Notes: generated from the sequence alone by a model not told the origin. DNA of 64,000 bases from Thermoplasmata archaeon (GCA_021790425.1 JAJYEA010000004.1:13227-77226); one strand, 5' to 3'; positions 47,380 through 56,813 are shown, counted from the first letter of the stretch. Numbers and translations are program-made.

Positions 47380-48027
47380 CTAGGGCCCCCGGTGCTCCTG
47401 CTGGAGCAGGGCGATGTCGAGCTGGATGATGTTCACGAAGGCGGGCCCGATCCAGCCCACGTCCCGGGTCGACTCGAAATGGTCGACCAGCGACAGGACG
47501 ATGGCCTCGGAGAGACCGGAGAAGTGGGCGACGCGCGGGACCTGGACCAGGGCCGCCTCCGGGGTGAGGTCCGGGTCGAGCCCGCTCTGGGACTGGGTCA
47601 CGAGGTCGATGGGGATGGTCGCCGTGACATTGTAGACCCCGTACTGCTCCATGAAGTACACCGTCTGGTTGTAGAGGGTGGGGTCCGTGGGCCCGTAGGG
47701 GGACTCGGAGCCCGCCCCCGTCCCGTTCTGCGTGAAGGGAATGTAATCGGTCAACGCCGGGCGGGTCCAAAGGAGGGCCCGGTAGGGGCAGGAGGCGAGG
47801 GCCGACTGGTTCTCGTACGCGCAGGTGATGTTCTGCCCCAGGAGCGACGAGGCGATCGCGGTGCCGTTCGCATCCCGCACGAGGCTCCCGTTGGCGGATC
47901 CCGGGACCACCTCCTGGGCGATCCACGAGATCGCCGCCGGATAGGCGAGCCCCGTCACGAGAGTGAGGACCGCGAGGAAGGTCAGGGCGGGCCGGATGTG
48001 TCGGTAGAGGGCCCAATCCGACATCAT
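47380..48027 (-). CDS. kdpC: K+-transporting ATPase subunit C
   Basis: GLAYPAAI, SANGSLV, SSLLGQ, DLVTQSQSGLDPD, ALVQVPRVA, VNIIQLDIAL. Confidence 0.92.
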   Translation of the reverse strand: MMSDWALYRHIRPALTFLAVLTLVTGLAYPAAISWIAQEVVPGSANGSLVRDANGTAIASSLLGQNITCAYENQSALASCPYRALLWTRPALTDYIPFTQNGTGAGSESPYGPTDPTLYNQTVYFMEQYGVYNVTATIPIDLVTQSQSGLDPDLTPEAALVQVPRVAHFSGLSEAIVLSLVDHFESTRDVGWIGPAFVNIIQLDIALLQQEHRGP

Positions 48028-50141
48028 AGGACGCCCATCACCCCCCGGACAGCTTCCACGAGGCTAATAAAGGCGGGGTTCGACATGAGATATTGCAGGC
48101 CAAGGTAGATGAGCTTGATGCCCACGAACGCGCTCACGAGCCCCCCGATCCCGTAGATCATCAGGTTGCGCCGGAGGAGCTCCACGGCGGTGGCGGGGTG
48201 GAAGGAGACCCCGGTGATGGCGAGGGGGATGAGGAGCGGGATGGCGATCGCGTTGAAGAGGAGCGTGGCCAGCACGGCGAGCCCCGGGTTGGTGAGCCCC
48301 ATGATGTTCAGCGCGGCGATCCCGGAGAACCCGACGAAGATGGCGGGGATGATCGCGAAGTACTTCGCCACGTCGTTCGTGATGGAGAACGTCGTGAGCG
48401 CCCCCCGGGTGATCAGGAGCTGCTTCCCGATGGACACGATCTCGATGAGCTTGGTCGGGTCGCTGTCGAGGTCGACCATGTTGGCGGCCTCCTTGGCCGC
48501 CGAGGTCCCGCTGTTCATGGCGAGCCCCACGTCGGCGCGCGCGAGGGCGGGGGCGTCGTTGGTGCCGTCACCGGACATGGCCACGAGATGCCCGTAGTGC
48601 TTCTCGTTCTGGATGATCGAGAGCTTCGTCTCCGGCTTCGCCTCGGCGACGAAGTCGTTCACCCCGCTCTCCTGGGCGATCGCGGCCGCCGTGATCTTGT
48701 TGTCGCCGGTGCACATCACCGTGCGGATGCCCATGAGGCGGAGCTCCCGGATACGGTCCCGGATGCCCGGCTTGATGACGTCCTTGAGCACCACCATCCC
48801 GACCACCTTCCGGTTCACCGCCACGACGAGCGGCGTCATCCCCTGGCGCGCGGCCTCGCCCACCTGGTTGCGGAGCGAGGGGGGCAGGTAGCCCGCGTAG
48901 CCCTCGATCGCGGTGGCCGACCCCTTCATGAACTCCGTCCCGTCGGCGAGCACAATCCCGGACATCTTGCGCTCGGGCGTGAAGGGGACGAACCGGACCT
49001 TCTCCCGGTCGACCTTGTCGGGCAGCACCTTCCGGAGGGCGGCGAGCCGGATGATCGAGCGCCCCTCCGGCGTGTCGTCGAGCGCGGAGGAGGTGATGGC
49101 CGCCTTGACCAGCTGGGTCATGTCCACGTCGTCCGCCGGGGCGAACTGGACGGCGAGCCGGTTCCCGACGGTGATGGTCCCGGTCTTGTCGAGGATGAGG
49201 ACGTCCAAGTCCCCCGCGGCCTCGACCGCCCGGCCCGACTTGGCCACCACGTTCGCCTTCCCGACGCGGTTGATCCCCGAGATCCCGATGGCGGAGAGGA
49301 GCCCGCCGATGGTGGTGGGCAGGAGGCAGACGGAGAGGGCGATGAGCGTCCCGATGTTGAGGAGGTTGGGGTAGACGAAGCCGAGCAGGTAGCCGAGCGT
49401 GATGATCACCACGAGGATGACCGCGCTCAGTGCCGCGAGGAGGATCGTGAGCGCCACCTCGTTGGGGCTCTTCTCCCGGGTGGTCCCCTCGACCAGCTTG
49501 ATCATGCGGTCGAGGAACCCGGCCCCGGGCTCGGCGGTGATCCGCACCCGGATCACTCCCTGCAGCACCCGGGAGCCCCCGATGACGCTCGTCTTGTCGC
49601 CGCCGCTCTCGCGGACGACCGCCTCGGACTCCCCCGTCATCATGGACTCGTCGATGAGCGCTCCCCCTTGGATGACGTCGCCGTCGAGGGGGACGACCTC
49701 CCCGGGGTGGACCTCGACCGAGTCGCCCGGGTGGAGGTGGCCCGAGGAGACCCACTGAACGCTGCCGTCGGGGAGGAGCTGGCGTGCCTTGAGGCTCCCG
49801 CGGATCTCCCGGAGGCTGTCCGCCTGGGCCTTCGCCTGGGCCTCGGCGATCGCCTCGGCGATGTTCGCGAACCAGATGGTGGCGAAGAGGATCAGCGTGA
49901 TCGCGAGGTAGTAGAGCGAGTCGTGGTCCGCCCCCTCGATGTCCGGGAAGAGCTCCGGCACGAAGGTCAGCGCGAGCATGAAGAAGAAGAACACGTAGAC
50001 CACGAACATGATCGGGTTCCGGACCTGTTCCCGCGGGTGGAACTTGCGGAGCGAGGAGGCGATCGCGTGCGCCCAGCTCGTGTGCGGGCGTCGCCGCACG
50101 CTCACCTTGGCGCCGTAGCTGGAGGAGGGGGTGCCCTGCAT
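48024..50141 (-). CDS. kdpB: K+-transporting ATPase subunit B (P-type)
   Basis: RNPIMFVV, MTGES, CLLPTTIGGLL, DKTGT, MCTGDN, GDGTNDAPAL, NDVAKYF. Confidence 0.97.
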   Translation of the reverse strand: MQGTPSSSYGAKVSVRRRPHTSWAHAIASSLRKFHPREQVRNPIMFVVYVFFFFMLALTFVPELFPDIEGADHDSLYYLAITLILFATIWFANIAEAIAEAQAKAQADSLREIRGSLKARQLLPDGSVQWVSSGHLHPGDSVEVHPGEVVPLDGDVIQGGALIDESMMTGESEAVVRESGGDKTSVIGGSRVLQGVIRVRITAEPGAGFLDRMIKLVEGTTREKSPNEVALTILLAALSAVILVVIITLGYLLGFVYPNLLNIGTLIALSVCLLPTTIGGLLSAIGISGINRVGKANVVAKSGRAVEAAGDLDVLILDKTGTITVGNRLAVQFAPADDVDMTQLVKAAITSSALDDTPEGRSIIRLAALRKVLPDKVDREKVRFVPFTPERKMSGIVLADGTEFMKGSATAIEGYAGYLPPSLRNQVGEAARQGMTPLVVAVNRKVVGMVVLKDVIKPGIRDRIRELRLMGIRTVMCTGDNKITAAAIAQESGVNDFVAEAKPETKLSIIQNEKHYGHLVAMSGDGTNDAPALARADVGLAMNSGTSAAKEAANMVDLDSDPTKLIEIVSIGKQLLITRGALTTFSITNDVAKYFAIIPAIFVGFSGIAALNIMGLTNPGLAVLATLLFNAIAIPLLIPLAITGVSFHPATAVELLRRNLMIYGIGGLVSAFVGIKLIYLGLQYLMSNPAFISLVEAVRGVMGVL

Positions 50142-50145
50142 GCGC

Positions 50146-51837
50146 CTAGCCTCCCATCGCCCCTTGCGAGAAGGGGCCCATCACGAGGACGGGCAGGAAG
50201 AGAAGGCCCGTCACGACCGTCATGAAGAGGATGAGGTAGATGGTGAACGTGGCCGAGTCCGTCTTCAGGGTCCCCGGTCCGGGGGGGAGCTGGTCCTCCC
50301 CCGCGAGGGAGCCTCCGATCCCCAGCATCGCGAGGATCGGCAGGAAGCGACCCACGAGCATGATGATCGTCCCGGTGAGGTTGAAGAACAGGGTGTTGTC
50401 GGCGATCGGCCCCATCGCGCTACCGTTGTTCGCGGACTCGCTCGTGAACTCGTAGAGCACCACGGTGAACGAGTGGGGCCCCGTCCCGGCCGAGAGGGTG
50501 GCGAACCCGAAGACGTAGGCCACCGCGAGCGGGATGAGCACCATGAAGGGATGGGAGAGGATCGTGACGGCCGCCCACCGCATCTGGTCCCGCCCGATCT
50601 TCTTCCCGAGGTACTCGGGCGTGCGGCCCACCATGAGGCCGCCGACAAAGATGGCCAGGATCACGTTGATGAGCAGGACCCCGAACCCAGTCCCCACACC
50701 GCCCGGCGCGTCCTGCAGGAACATCCCCCAGAAGAGAACGATCTGGGCGCCGGGGGTGAGGGCCCCGATCGACATCGACGTGGCGCCCACGTTGTCGTAG
50801 ACGCTCGTCACCTGGAAGAGGGCGCTCTCCGGAAGGGTGAAGCGGTCCTCCACCCCGTTGAGGTATCCGCCCCCCTGGCCCACGCCCGTCCCCGCGAGGA
50901 AGGGGTTCGACGACTCGAAGTAGAGGAAGAGCAGGAGCGCGACGAGGAAGAGGACCAGGACGGTGGCGAAGAGCGGACGGGCCTCCTCCTTCCGGCGCAC
51001 CATCTGGGCGAACATGAAGGGGGCGCCGAAGGGGATGGCCATCATGAGCAGGATCGCGAGGAAGTTGGTCACCGCCGAGGGGTTCTGGAAGGGGTGCGCC
51101 ATGTTGGCGCTGAAGTAGCCTCCCCCGTTCGACCCGAGGAGCTCGATCCCGTTCCAGCTGCCCACCGGACCGAGCGGGACGATCTGGGGGGCTCCCCCGG
51201 TCAGCGGGGTGATCACCGCGCTCTGCGCCAGGGTCTGGGGCACGCCCAGGAACACGAAGATCAGGGCGGCGAGGAAGGCAAGGGGGAGGAAGACCCGGGT
51301 GATGGCCTTCACGACGTCCGCCCAGAAGTTGCCGATCCGCCCGTTCCGGCGGATGAACCCCCGCGTGAAGGCCACCACGACGACGAGGCCGATGGACGCC
51401 GAGAGGAACATGAGCATCTGGAGCCCGAGCAGGGCCGCGAAGAGGGAGACCTGGGACTCGGGGGTGTAGTGCTGGAAGTCCGTGTTCGTGGCGAACGAGG
51501 TGGCCGTGTGGAGCGCGAGGTCCCAGCTCATCCCCGGGGCCCGGAGGGCGTTCCAGGGCAGGCTCCCCTGGTCCATGAGCAGGAAGAAGACGAAGGCGAT
51601 GGCGGCCCCGTTGAGGAGGAGCAGGGCCGCGGCGTACTCCCTCCAGCGCATGTCGTGGTACTGGTTGACCCCCAGGATCCCGAAGATCCAGCGCTCCACG
51701 GGCGTCATGACCGAGTCGAGGAGGGTGGGCCGGCTGAGGAAGACGCGGGCGAGGTAGTCGCCCAAGGAACGGGCCAGCACGAGCCCGATGACCACCGTGG
51801 CGAGGATCTCCGGGGTCTCGGCGGCGACGCTCAGCAC
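50146..51837 (-). CDS. kdpA: K+-transporting ATPase subunit A
   Basis: TATSFATNTDFQHY, GNFWADVVK, LLGSNGGGYF, AHPFQNP, GLMVGRTPEYLGKKI, YEFTSESANNGS. Confidence 0.95.
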   Translation of the reverse strand: MLSVAAETPEILATVVIGLVLARSLGDYLARVFLSRPTLLDSVMTPVERWIFGILGVNQYHDMRWREYAAALLLLNGAAIAFVFFLLMDQGSLPWNALRAPGMSWDLALHTATSFATNTDFQHYTPESQVSLFAALLGLQMLMFLSASIGLVVVVAFTRGFIRRNGRIGNFWADVVKAITRVFLPLAFLAALIFVFLGVPQTLAQSAVITPLTGGAPQIVPLGPVGSWNGIELLGSNGGGYFSANMAHPFQNPSAVTNFLAILLMMAIPFGAPFMFAQMVRRKEEARPLFATVLVLFLVALLLFLYFESSNPFLAGTGVGQGGGYLNGVEDRFTLPESALFQVTSVYDNVGATSMSIGALTPGAQIVLFWGMFLQDAPGGVGTGFGVLLINVILAIFVGGLMVGRTPEYLGKKIGRDQMRWAAVTILSHPFMVLIPLAVAYVFGFATLSAGTGPHSFTVVLYEFTSESANNGSAMGPIADNTLFFNLTGTIIMLVGRFLPILAMLGIGGSLAGEDQLPPGPGTLKTDSATFTIYLILFMTVVTGLLFLPVLVMGPFSQGAMGG

Positions 51838-51846
51838 GGCCGCCCC

Positions 51847-51960
51847 TCAGAACCGTTCCGGGTGCACGATGGCATAGATCAGGTAGGCCACGATGACCCC
51901 GGTCAGCACGGTGAAGACGACCAGGCCCAAGTGGTTCCACAACACGTCGAGCGGATTCAT
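51847..51960 (-). CDS. kdpF: K+-transporting ATPase subunit F
   Basis: 37-aa hydrophobic peptide ending YLIYAIVHPERF, immediately upstream of kdpA. Confidence 0.88.
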   Translation of the reverse strand: MNPLDVLWNHLGLVVFTVLTGVIVAYLIYAIVHPERF

Positions 51961-51977
51961 GATGGATTCGTCAGATT

Positions 51978-52006
51978 CCTCCGAAGGAGCGCTCGGAGGT
52001 TTTAAT
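51978..52006 (-). promoter_or_regulatory. kdp promoter: ATTAAAA box followed by inverted repeat CCTCCGA-N8-TCGGAGG
   Basis: TATA-like box at 52000-52006; perfect 7-bp arms at 51978-51984 and 51993-51999, between the box and the kdpF start. Confidence 0.55.
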
Positions 52007-52226
52007 CCCTCCGTGGCCCCCCTCCGCTCGAAGAAGCTCCGGCTTCGGCCGCTCCGCGACACGGGGGGCCGCGAGGTATCCTTTCCTTCCGGGGCCGGCC
52101 TCTCGGCCTCCGCCTTCCCTTTTCCCAACGAGGAGATGGCCGAGGGGCCGGTTAGATTTCTCGCCTTGGAAAGCGGCCAAAGCTCAAATGGGCTCGACGT
52201 GGAGCCGCCCCCACAGGGTAGGTCAG

Positions 52227-53450
52227 ATGTGGTCATTCGATGCAACGGACACGTTGTTCATGGTGTTCTCTACCGTGCTCGTGATGTTCATGACGCCGGG
52301 CCTGGCGCTCTTCTACGGGGGCCTGGTGGGAGAGAAGGACGAGGTCGCGATCATGATGCAGAGCTTCGTCGCCCTCGGGGTGTCCACCCTCCTGTGGGTG
52401 GTGGTCGGCTATTCCCTGGTCTTCAGCGGGAACGTGGACGGGGTCATCGGGAACCTGAACCAGGCCTTCCTGCTGAACGCCTCGTCCAACACCCCTTCCC
52501 CCGTGAGCTCGAGCATCCCGCTCTACGTGTTCTTCGCCTACCAGATGATGGTGGTCATCATCACGCCCCCCCTCATTACCGGGGCGTTCACCAACCGGGT
52601 CCGGTTCGGGCCCTACCTCCTGTTCCTGGTCCTCTGGCAGCTCTTCGTCTACTTCCCGATCGCCCACATGGTCTGGGGCGGGGGTCTCCTTCAGAGCTGG
52701 GGCGTCCTGGACTTCGGAGGGGGTCTCGTCGTGCACACCCTCGCGGGGATGAGCGCGCTGGCCAGCGTGGCCTACCTGGGGAGCCGCTACGTGTTCGACA
52801 AGCCCCACAACCTGCACATGGTCGCCATAGGAATGGCGATCCTGTGGTTCGGATGGTTCGGGTTCAACGCGGGGAACGCGGACGGGATGAATGCCATCGC
52901 CGTCCTCGCTTTCTTGAACACCGCCCTGGCCGGAGGCGTCGCGAGCGTCGTCTGGATGCTGATGGACTGGGGATTCGAAGGGAAGCCGAAGCTCGTGGGG
53001 TTCCTCACGGGTGGGCTCGCGGGACTCGTGGTCGTCACGCCTGCGGCGGGCTACGTTGCGCCCTCGGCGGCCGTCATTCTCGGCATGGCGGCAGGGATCG
53101 TCTGCTACCTGGCGATCCGTTTCAAGAACTCCCGCCACTGGGATGACGCGCTGGACGTCTGGGGGGTGCACGGGATCGGAGGAATGCTCGGGGTCATCCT
53201 TCTGGGCGTCCTGGCGACCACGGCGGTCAACCCACAAGGTGCGAACGGTCTGCTTGCCGGGGGATCGTCGTTCTTCGCCAAGGAAGTGATGGCCACCGTC
53301 TTTGTGGCGGTCTTCGCGTTCGTCGCCACCTACATCATCCTCTTTGTGATCGGGAAGACGACAGACCTGCGGACTACCAAGGAGGTGCAGATCTCCGGGC
53401 TCGACCTCGCACTCCACGGTGAAGCGGCCTACGGGGAGCTTCCTCACTAG
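52227..53450 (+). CDS. amt: Ammonium transporter (Amt family)
   Basis: ATG 52227; FMTPGLALFYGG, DFGGGLVVH, LWFGWFGFNAG, DDALDVWGVHG, GLDLALHGEAAY. Confidence 0.95.
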   Translation: MWSFDATDTLFMVFSTVLVMFMTPGLALFYGGLVGEKDEVAIMMQSFVALGVSTLLWVVVGYSLVFSGNVDGVIGNLNQAFLLNASSNTPSPVSSSIPLYVFFAYQMMVVIITPPLITGAFTNRVRFGPYLLFLVLWQLFVYFPIAHMVWGGGLLQSWGVLDFGGGLVVHTLAGMSALASVAYLGSRYVFDKPHNLHMVAIGMAILWFGWFGFNAGNADGMNAIAVLAFLNTALAGGVASVVWMLMDWGFEGKPKLVGFLTGGLAGLVVVTPAAGYVAPSAAVILGMAAGIVCYLAIRFKNSRHWDDALDVWGVHGIGGMLGVILLGVLATTAVNPQGANGLLAGGSSFFAKEVMATVFVAVFAFVATYIILFVIGKTTDLRTTKEVQISGLDLALHGEAAYGELPH

Positions 53451-53844
53451 CGTGGCGAGAGGGTCGAGCAAGTCGCCCTTGCTTCGCCGGAGCCCCCACA
53501 ACTCAGGGCGCGCCTCCCGCCCGGAGGCAATTCGAGAGCACCGAGCAGGGTGTTGTCCGGGAATCAAACCGGAAGCCTAACCGCATGCCTGAAGTGGGGC
53601 CGGACTCGGACATGGCCGAATCAGAGCCCGGATCGGGGGATGTGCAGTCATGCCGACCTGTCGTGGAACTAGGGAATGACCCGTCTTGCGTCACTCTCTG
53701 GACTGAGTGGGACCATTTCTCCTGTCCCCCCTCCGTGTTCGGAAAGAGGGGCTGCCCATGGAGCTAGAGCCTGCTCGGGCAGCGAGGAGACACCGTTTCC
53801 CGTCTTGGTAGCTGGCTCTCCCCCGACAGACGCACTCGCGAGCC

Positions 53845-53867
53845 TTATTAGTCATATCGACTAATAA
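53845..53867. promoter_or_regulatory. Perfect inverted repeat TTATTAGTC-N5-GACTAATAA, likely autoregulatory operator/promoter
   Basis: 9-bp perfect arms ending 7 nt before the ATG of the wHTH gene. Confidence 0.8.
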
Positions 53868-53873
53868 CATCCG

Positions 53874-54359
53874 ATGGGGATTGCCGTGGACCCGGGTCTT
53901 GCCGTGTTGTTCGGATCCGAAGACCGGGTAAGGACGCTGGCCGCCCTAGCCAACGCAGACGCCCCCCTCACAGCCTACCGGGTCGCCACCATAGTGGGGA
54001 TCAAGCCCGCCAATGTCTATCGCGAACTGAAGCGGCTGATTCAGTTCAACGAGGTGGAAAGGGCTCCCACTTTGGACGGGAAGCCCGGCTGGAGGCTGGT
54101 CGATGCCGACGTGACGGCGCTTCTAAGGAAGCGCCTTCGGGTAGTTTGGAGTGAAGATATGTTCCGGGGAAACCGCGACCGCAGCAGGCGAGCGGCCCTC
54201 GCCGTTCGGAGAAGTTCACGGGTTCCACTCGACCTGGCATCCTTTAGTCCAGGCCGCCCCCCTTCCGCGGCGGCCGTGCGCCGACGTCTAGACAAGGATC
54301 GCGTCCTCGCGAAAGCCGGGGCCCGGACTTCCGTTCGTATGAAGCGGGCGAAGATTTGA
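53874..54359 (+). CDS. Winged-helix DNA-binding protein (putative antitoxin/autorepressor)
   Basis: LFGSEDRVRTLAAL...TAYRVATIVGIKPANVYRELKRL HTH; basic C-terminus; atypical codon usage. Confidence 0.75.
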   Translation: MGIAVDPGLAVLFGSEDRVRTLAALANADAPLTAYRVATIVGIKPANVYRELKRLIQFNEVERAPTLDGKPGWRLVDADVTALLRKRLRVVWSEDMFRGNRDRSRRAALAVRRSSRVPLDLASFSPGRPPSAAAVRRRLDKDRVLAKAGARTSVRMKRAKI

Positions 54360-54910
54360 ACGCGGACGAGTTGGGTCGGATCCTCACCAAAGCGAGGGAC
54401 GGAGGGGAGAGGAACCTCTGGCTCGGAGCGCTTCTCGCAAGGGAGACCGCGGTCGACGTCGTGATCGTGGGGGGGTCCGCGATCGAGGTCTACACCAGTG
54501 GGATGTACGTTTCGGGAGATATCGACATCGTGGGGGATCGGGGATCGATCATCTCAGCTCTGGAACAATGGGGGTTCCACCGGGAGGGGCGACTCTGGTC
54601 TCGCCCCGACCTTAGACTTTGGGTGGATCCGGTGGGCCGTGGGTACGCGGGTGATGTCCGAAAGCTCCGGGAGGTGTCGACCCCTTATGGTCCTGTCCGC
54701 CTGGCCTCCGTGGAGGACCTCATCGCAAACCGGTTGATCGAGGTGAAGGCTTGGCCTCGGGCGGGCACGGAGATGTTCGACCAAGCGGTCGTCCTCGCAG
54801 CGGAGTATGGACCTGACGTTGATTGGAACTACGTCACCGGGGTGGCCCGGCGCGAGGAGGCCGATGACTTGGTCCCGGAGTTGCGCCGCAGAATCGCACG
54901 GACCCGATGA
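54356..54910 (+). CDS. Pol-beta-superfamily nucleotidyltransferase (DUF6036/AbiEii-like), putative toxin
   Basis: TTG start overlaps the upstream stop (TTGA); VVIVGGSAIE...SGDIDIV (GG-x-A...DxD), SVEDLIANR. Confidence 0.72.
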   Translation: MNADELGRILTKARDGGERNLWLGALLARETAVDVVIVGGSAIEVYTSGMYVSGDIDIVGDRGSIISALEQWGFHREGRLWSRPDLRLWVDPVGRGYAGDVRKLREVSTPYGPVRLASVEDLIANRLIEVKAWPRAGTEMFDQAVVLAAEYGPDVDWNYVTGVARREEADDLVPELRRRIARTR

Positions 54911-55137
54911 TTCCTGCGCTCGAGAACGCAGGTAATCGGGAAACAAGCCTGCCATCGTTAGTCGAAGTGGACCGAGCGTCAAGAATTCACCTGGACTGCC
55001 CGCCTCCCCGTTAGAGGTAGCTCGGTGGGACTATCCCATGCAGCTTCTTGGCGGGGGACAGCTTGGACTTCAGGGAGAAGGAGAGGGCGTGTCAGCATGG
55101 TTAGCACCCCCGCAGCGCTCAGCAGGGTCGCCTGACC

Positions 55138-56310
55138 TCACTGGGAGTTCATGAGGAACCGCATCCAACGGATCCTCTCTCCCGCATGGTAGGTCCGCCC
55201 GCGCCGGAGGACCGCGAAGCCCTCCGCGGCCAGCAGCGCCGGGCCATGCGCGACTCCCCACGGTAAGGGGTGGATCCTCCCCCCGATCCTTCGAAAGAGC
55301 ACGGTGCTGTCCATCCGGTGGTGGACGGTGACCTCCTCCCCCAGTTCTACGTTCTCGAAGATGCGGAGCTCCTCTCCCACGAGACGCGAGAGCACGTGGA
55401 GCCCGTGCTCGTGGAAGACGGTGAGGGCGGAAGTGATCTGTCCCGGGAGGACCACCACCGGTCGTCCCGACACGAGCGCCACGCCCCCCTGCTTCAGCAC
55501 GTTCACCGTCACCCCCTCGAAGAGCAGGGTCCCCATGCGCTCCAAGACCCTCTTCGTGGCGTCCCTGTTTCCCCTCGATGCGCCACCGATGGTGAAGAGT
55601 AGTTCACATCGGGGGATCGCATCGTGGATGGCTCTGCGAACGGTCTCGGGCTCGTCGGCCACCGCGGGGAGCAAAGTCGGACGCGCGAAGTGAAGGAGTG
55701 CCCGGACCACCGGTCCGATCGAGTCGGGGGTCCCGCCCTCGCGCGAACCCTTCGCGCCCCTGAGCTCGCTCCCAATGGGGAGGATCGCCACCCGAGGATC
55801 GTGGACCCGCGCTTCCGACCGTCCCTCGGCGATGAGGGCGCTGAGATGGTAGGGCGTCACCTGCTGCCCCCGGTCGAGGAGCAGGCTCCCTCGCGCGAGG
55901 AACTCCCCCCGGGGAACGACGTCCTGTCCCCGCCGGACCCCGGTGGCGACGTACAGTCGGCCGTCTTCGACCCGGGCGGCTTCGACCCGGACCACCGCGT
56001 TGGCGCCCCGAGGGAGCGGGTCTCCGGTGCTGATCGGAACCGCGTGGCCTTTCCTGAGGGCGCTTCCCTTGGGTCCACGGCCGAAGGCCTGTCGTTCCAA
56101 CAGGTAGGGCTCCGGCGCAGGGCTCCCCCACGCGTTCACCGCGTACCCGTCCATCGCCGAGGAATCCCTCACGGGGAGATTCCTACGAGCCCGCACTTCC
56201 CTCGCGGAGTAACGTCCCACGGCTTCCTCGCAGGGAACGGAGCGGACGGGGGCCCGGCGGAGCCGGGCGGCATCGATGCGTCGTCGCGCCTCCTCTAGGG
56301 GAACTAGCAT
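55138..56310 (-). CDS. moeA: Molybdopterin molybdenumtransferase
   Basis: SAMDGYAV, ISTGDPLPRGANAVVRVE, PIGSEL, TIGGASRG, LPGQITSAL. Confidence 0.85.
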   Translation of the reverse strand: MLVPLEEARRRIDAARLRRAPVRSVPCEEAVGRYSAREVRARRNLPVRDSSAMDGYAVNAWGSPAPEPYLLERQAFGRGPKGSALRKGHAVPISTGDPLPRGANAVVRVEAARVEDGRLYVATGVRRGQDVVPRGEFLARGSLLLDRGQQVTPYHLSALIAEGRSEARVHDPRVAILPIGSELRGAKGSREGGTPDSIGPVVRALLHFARPTLLPAVADEPETVRRAIHDAIPRCELLFTIGGASRGNRDATKRVLERMGTLLFEGVTVNVLKQGGVALVSGRPVVVLPGQITSALTVFHEHGLHVLSRLVGEELRIFENVELGEEVTVHHRMDSTVLFRRIGGRIHPLPWGVAHGPALLAAEGFAVLRRGRTYHAGERIRWMRFLMNSQ

Positions 56311-56345
56311 GAAGTGCCCCCGCGAGGTGCCCAGAGGGAGACGAC

Positions 56346-56813
56346 ATGCCGATGATCATCCAAGTCGTGGGGGCGAGCGGTTCCGGGAAGACGTTCGTGC
56401 TCGAGCGGGCCATCCGTCGTCTCCGCGCCGAGGGCTACCGGGTGGCCGCGCTGAAGCACTCCCACCACCCGATCGACGTCCGGGGCAAGGACACCGACCG
56501 GCTGCGGCGGAGCGGCGCGAATCCCGTCCTCTTCGTCTCCCGTGGCTGGGCGCTCTTCGCCTCCGGGGAACCCTGGGACCTCCTGCCGACGCTCCCGGTC
56601 GATGTGGTGCTCGTGGAGGGCTACCACCGGCGACGTCTCTCCCGCCATCGCTACCGGGTGGAGCGTCCGGGCGACGCACCTGAGGTGGTGGAGGAGATCC
56701 TCCGCGTGGTCCGAGGGGCCATCCCTCATCCCCCCGTTCATCCCCGGCCCCCGTCGGGGAAGCCGGCCTTGAGGCGGGCGCGCCGCGCCCGTCGCTCCGG
56801 GTCCTCCCGGTGA
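56346..56813 (+). CDS. mobB: Molybdopterin-guanine dinucleotide biosynthesis protein B
   Basis: VVGASGSGKT, GYRVAALKHSHH, GKDTDR, VLVEGY. Confidence 0.88.
   Translation: MPMIIQVVGASGSGKTFVLERAIRRLRAEGYRVAALKHSHHPIDVRGKDTDRLRRSGANPVLFVSRGWALFASGEPWDLLPTLPVDVVLVEGYHRRRLSRHRYRVERPGDAPEVVEEILRVVRGAIPHPPVHPRPPSGKPALRRARRARRSGSSR

Noticed and set aside
52010-52200. c-di-AMP (ydaO) riboswitch upstream of kdp
   Set aside because: No match to the consensus motifs by eye; kept only as an unassigned structured region.
53451-53844. Short ORFs flanking the wHTH-NTase module (53503-53694, 53585-53767, 53676-53864)
   Set aside because: No coding bias, RBS or recognisable motifs; treated as non-coding or decayed flank.
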